Virus record (IMG/VR): IMGVR_UViG_3300027805_000006
DNA from: a virus
Lineage: Duplodnaviria > Caudoviricetes
DNA length: 64,000 nucleotides
Direction: 5' to 3' (one strand)
Below the pieces are notes generated by a model. The model did no database searches, was not told the DNA's origin, and was given only the letters and a program-made list of their open reading frames with translations. Position numbers and translations under genes: made by a program. Each line of letters starts with the position of its first letter. Within the stretch, counting starts at the first letter, position 1. This document shows positions 63,959 to 64,000 of this stretch, piece by piece.

Positions 63959-64000
63959 TCAATTCTTTTTCAGAATCATTATGAAATTACCACCCTCATT
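63959..64000 (-). CDS. 3' end of an upstream gene (NEGGNFIMILKKN*), truncated by the window edge
   Basis: Open frame from 64000 to TGA at 63961-59; too short to assign. Confidence 0.3.
   Translation of the reverse strand, partial: NEGGNFIMILKKN

Overview
This 64 kb window looks like part of a large T4-like/jumbo myovirus genome, and the host may be a betaproteobacterium (inferred from the style of the ErpA, DesA-type desaturase, PBP7-like and lipoprotein genes). Bases 1-22.7k hold a plus-strand tail module: three long fibres ending in Peptidase S74 chaperone domains, one further structural fibre protein, three glycine-rich T-even gp38-like adhesins and a fatty acid desaturase. The rest is mostly minus-strand accessory genes: a prkA/yeaG-yeaH-spoVR operon with two small inserted ORFs, bactofilin, DHFR, Ro60/TROVE preceded by a promoter-driven structured non-coding leader, HNH, NUDIX, a saccharopine dehydrogenase-like enzyme, an M15 endolysin and a second desaturase. 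A cluster at 38.6-45.2k carries 2 B12-radical SAM, 2 PP-loop and 3 Fe(II)/2OG-like enzymes, with T4-type late promoters and a nearby erpA. Further along are a large lipoprotein, HD and GNAT proteins, an Hsp20 with a ROSE-like RNA thermometer, a membrane-anchored metacaspase whose ribosome-binding site sits in a hairpin that contains a late promoter, a CCA-adding enzyme, and a glycan-tailoring set (GT, UDP-sugar dehydrogenase, AsnB, TupA-like ATP-grasp). T4-like late promoters (TAAATA), sigma70-like promoters and a recurring GTAACA/TGTTAC operator-like motif are visible. All protein family calls come from motif recognition by eye; no database searches were run.
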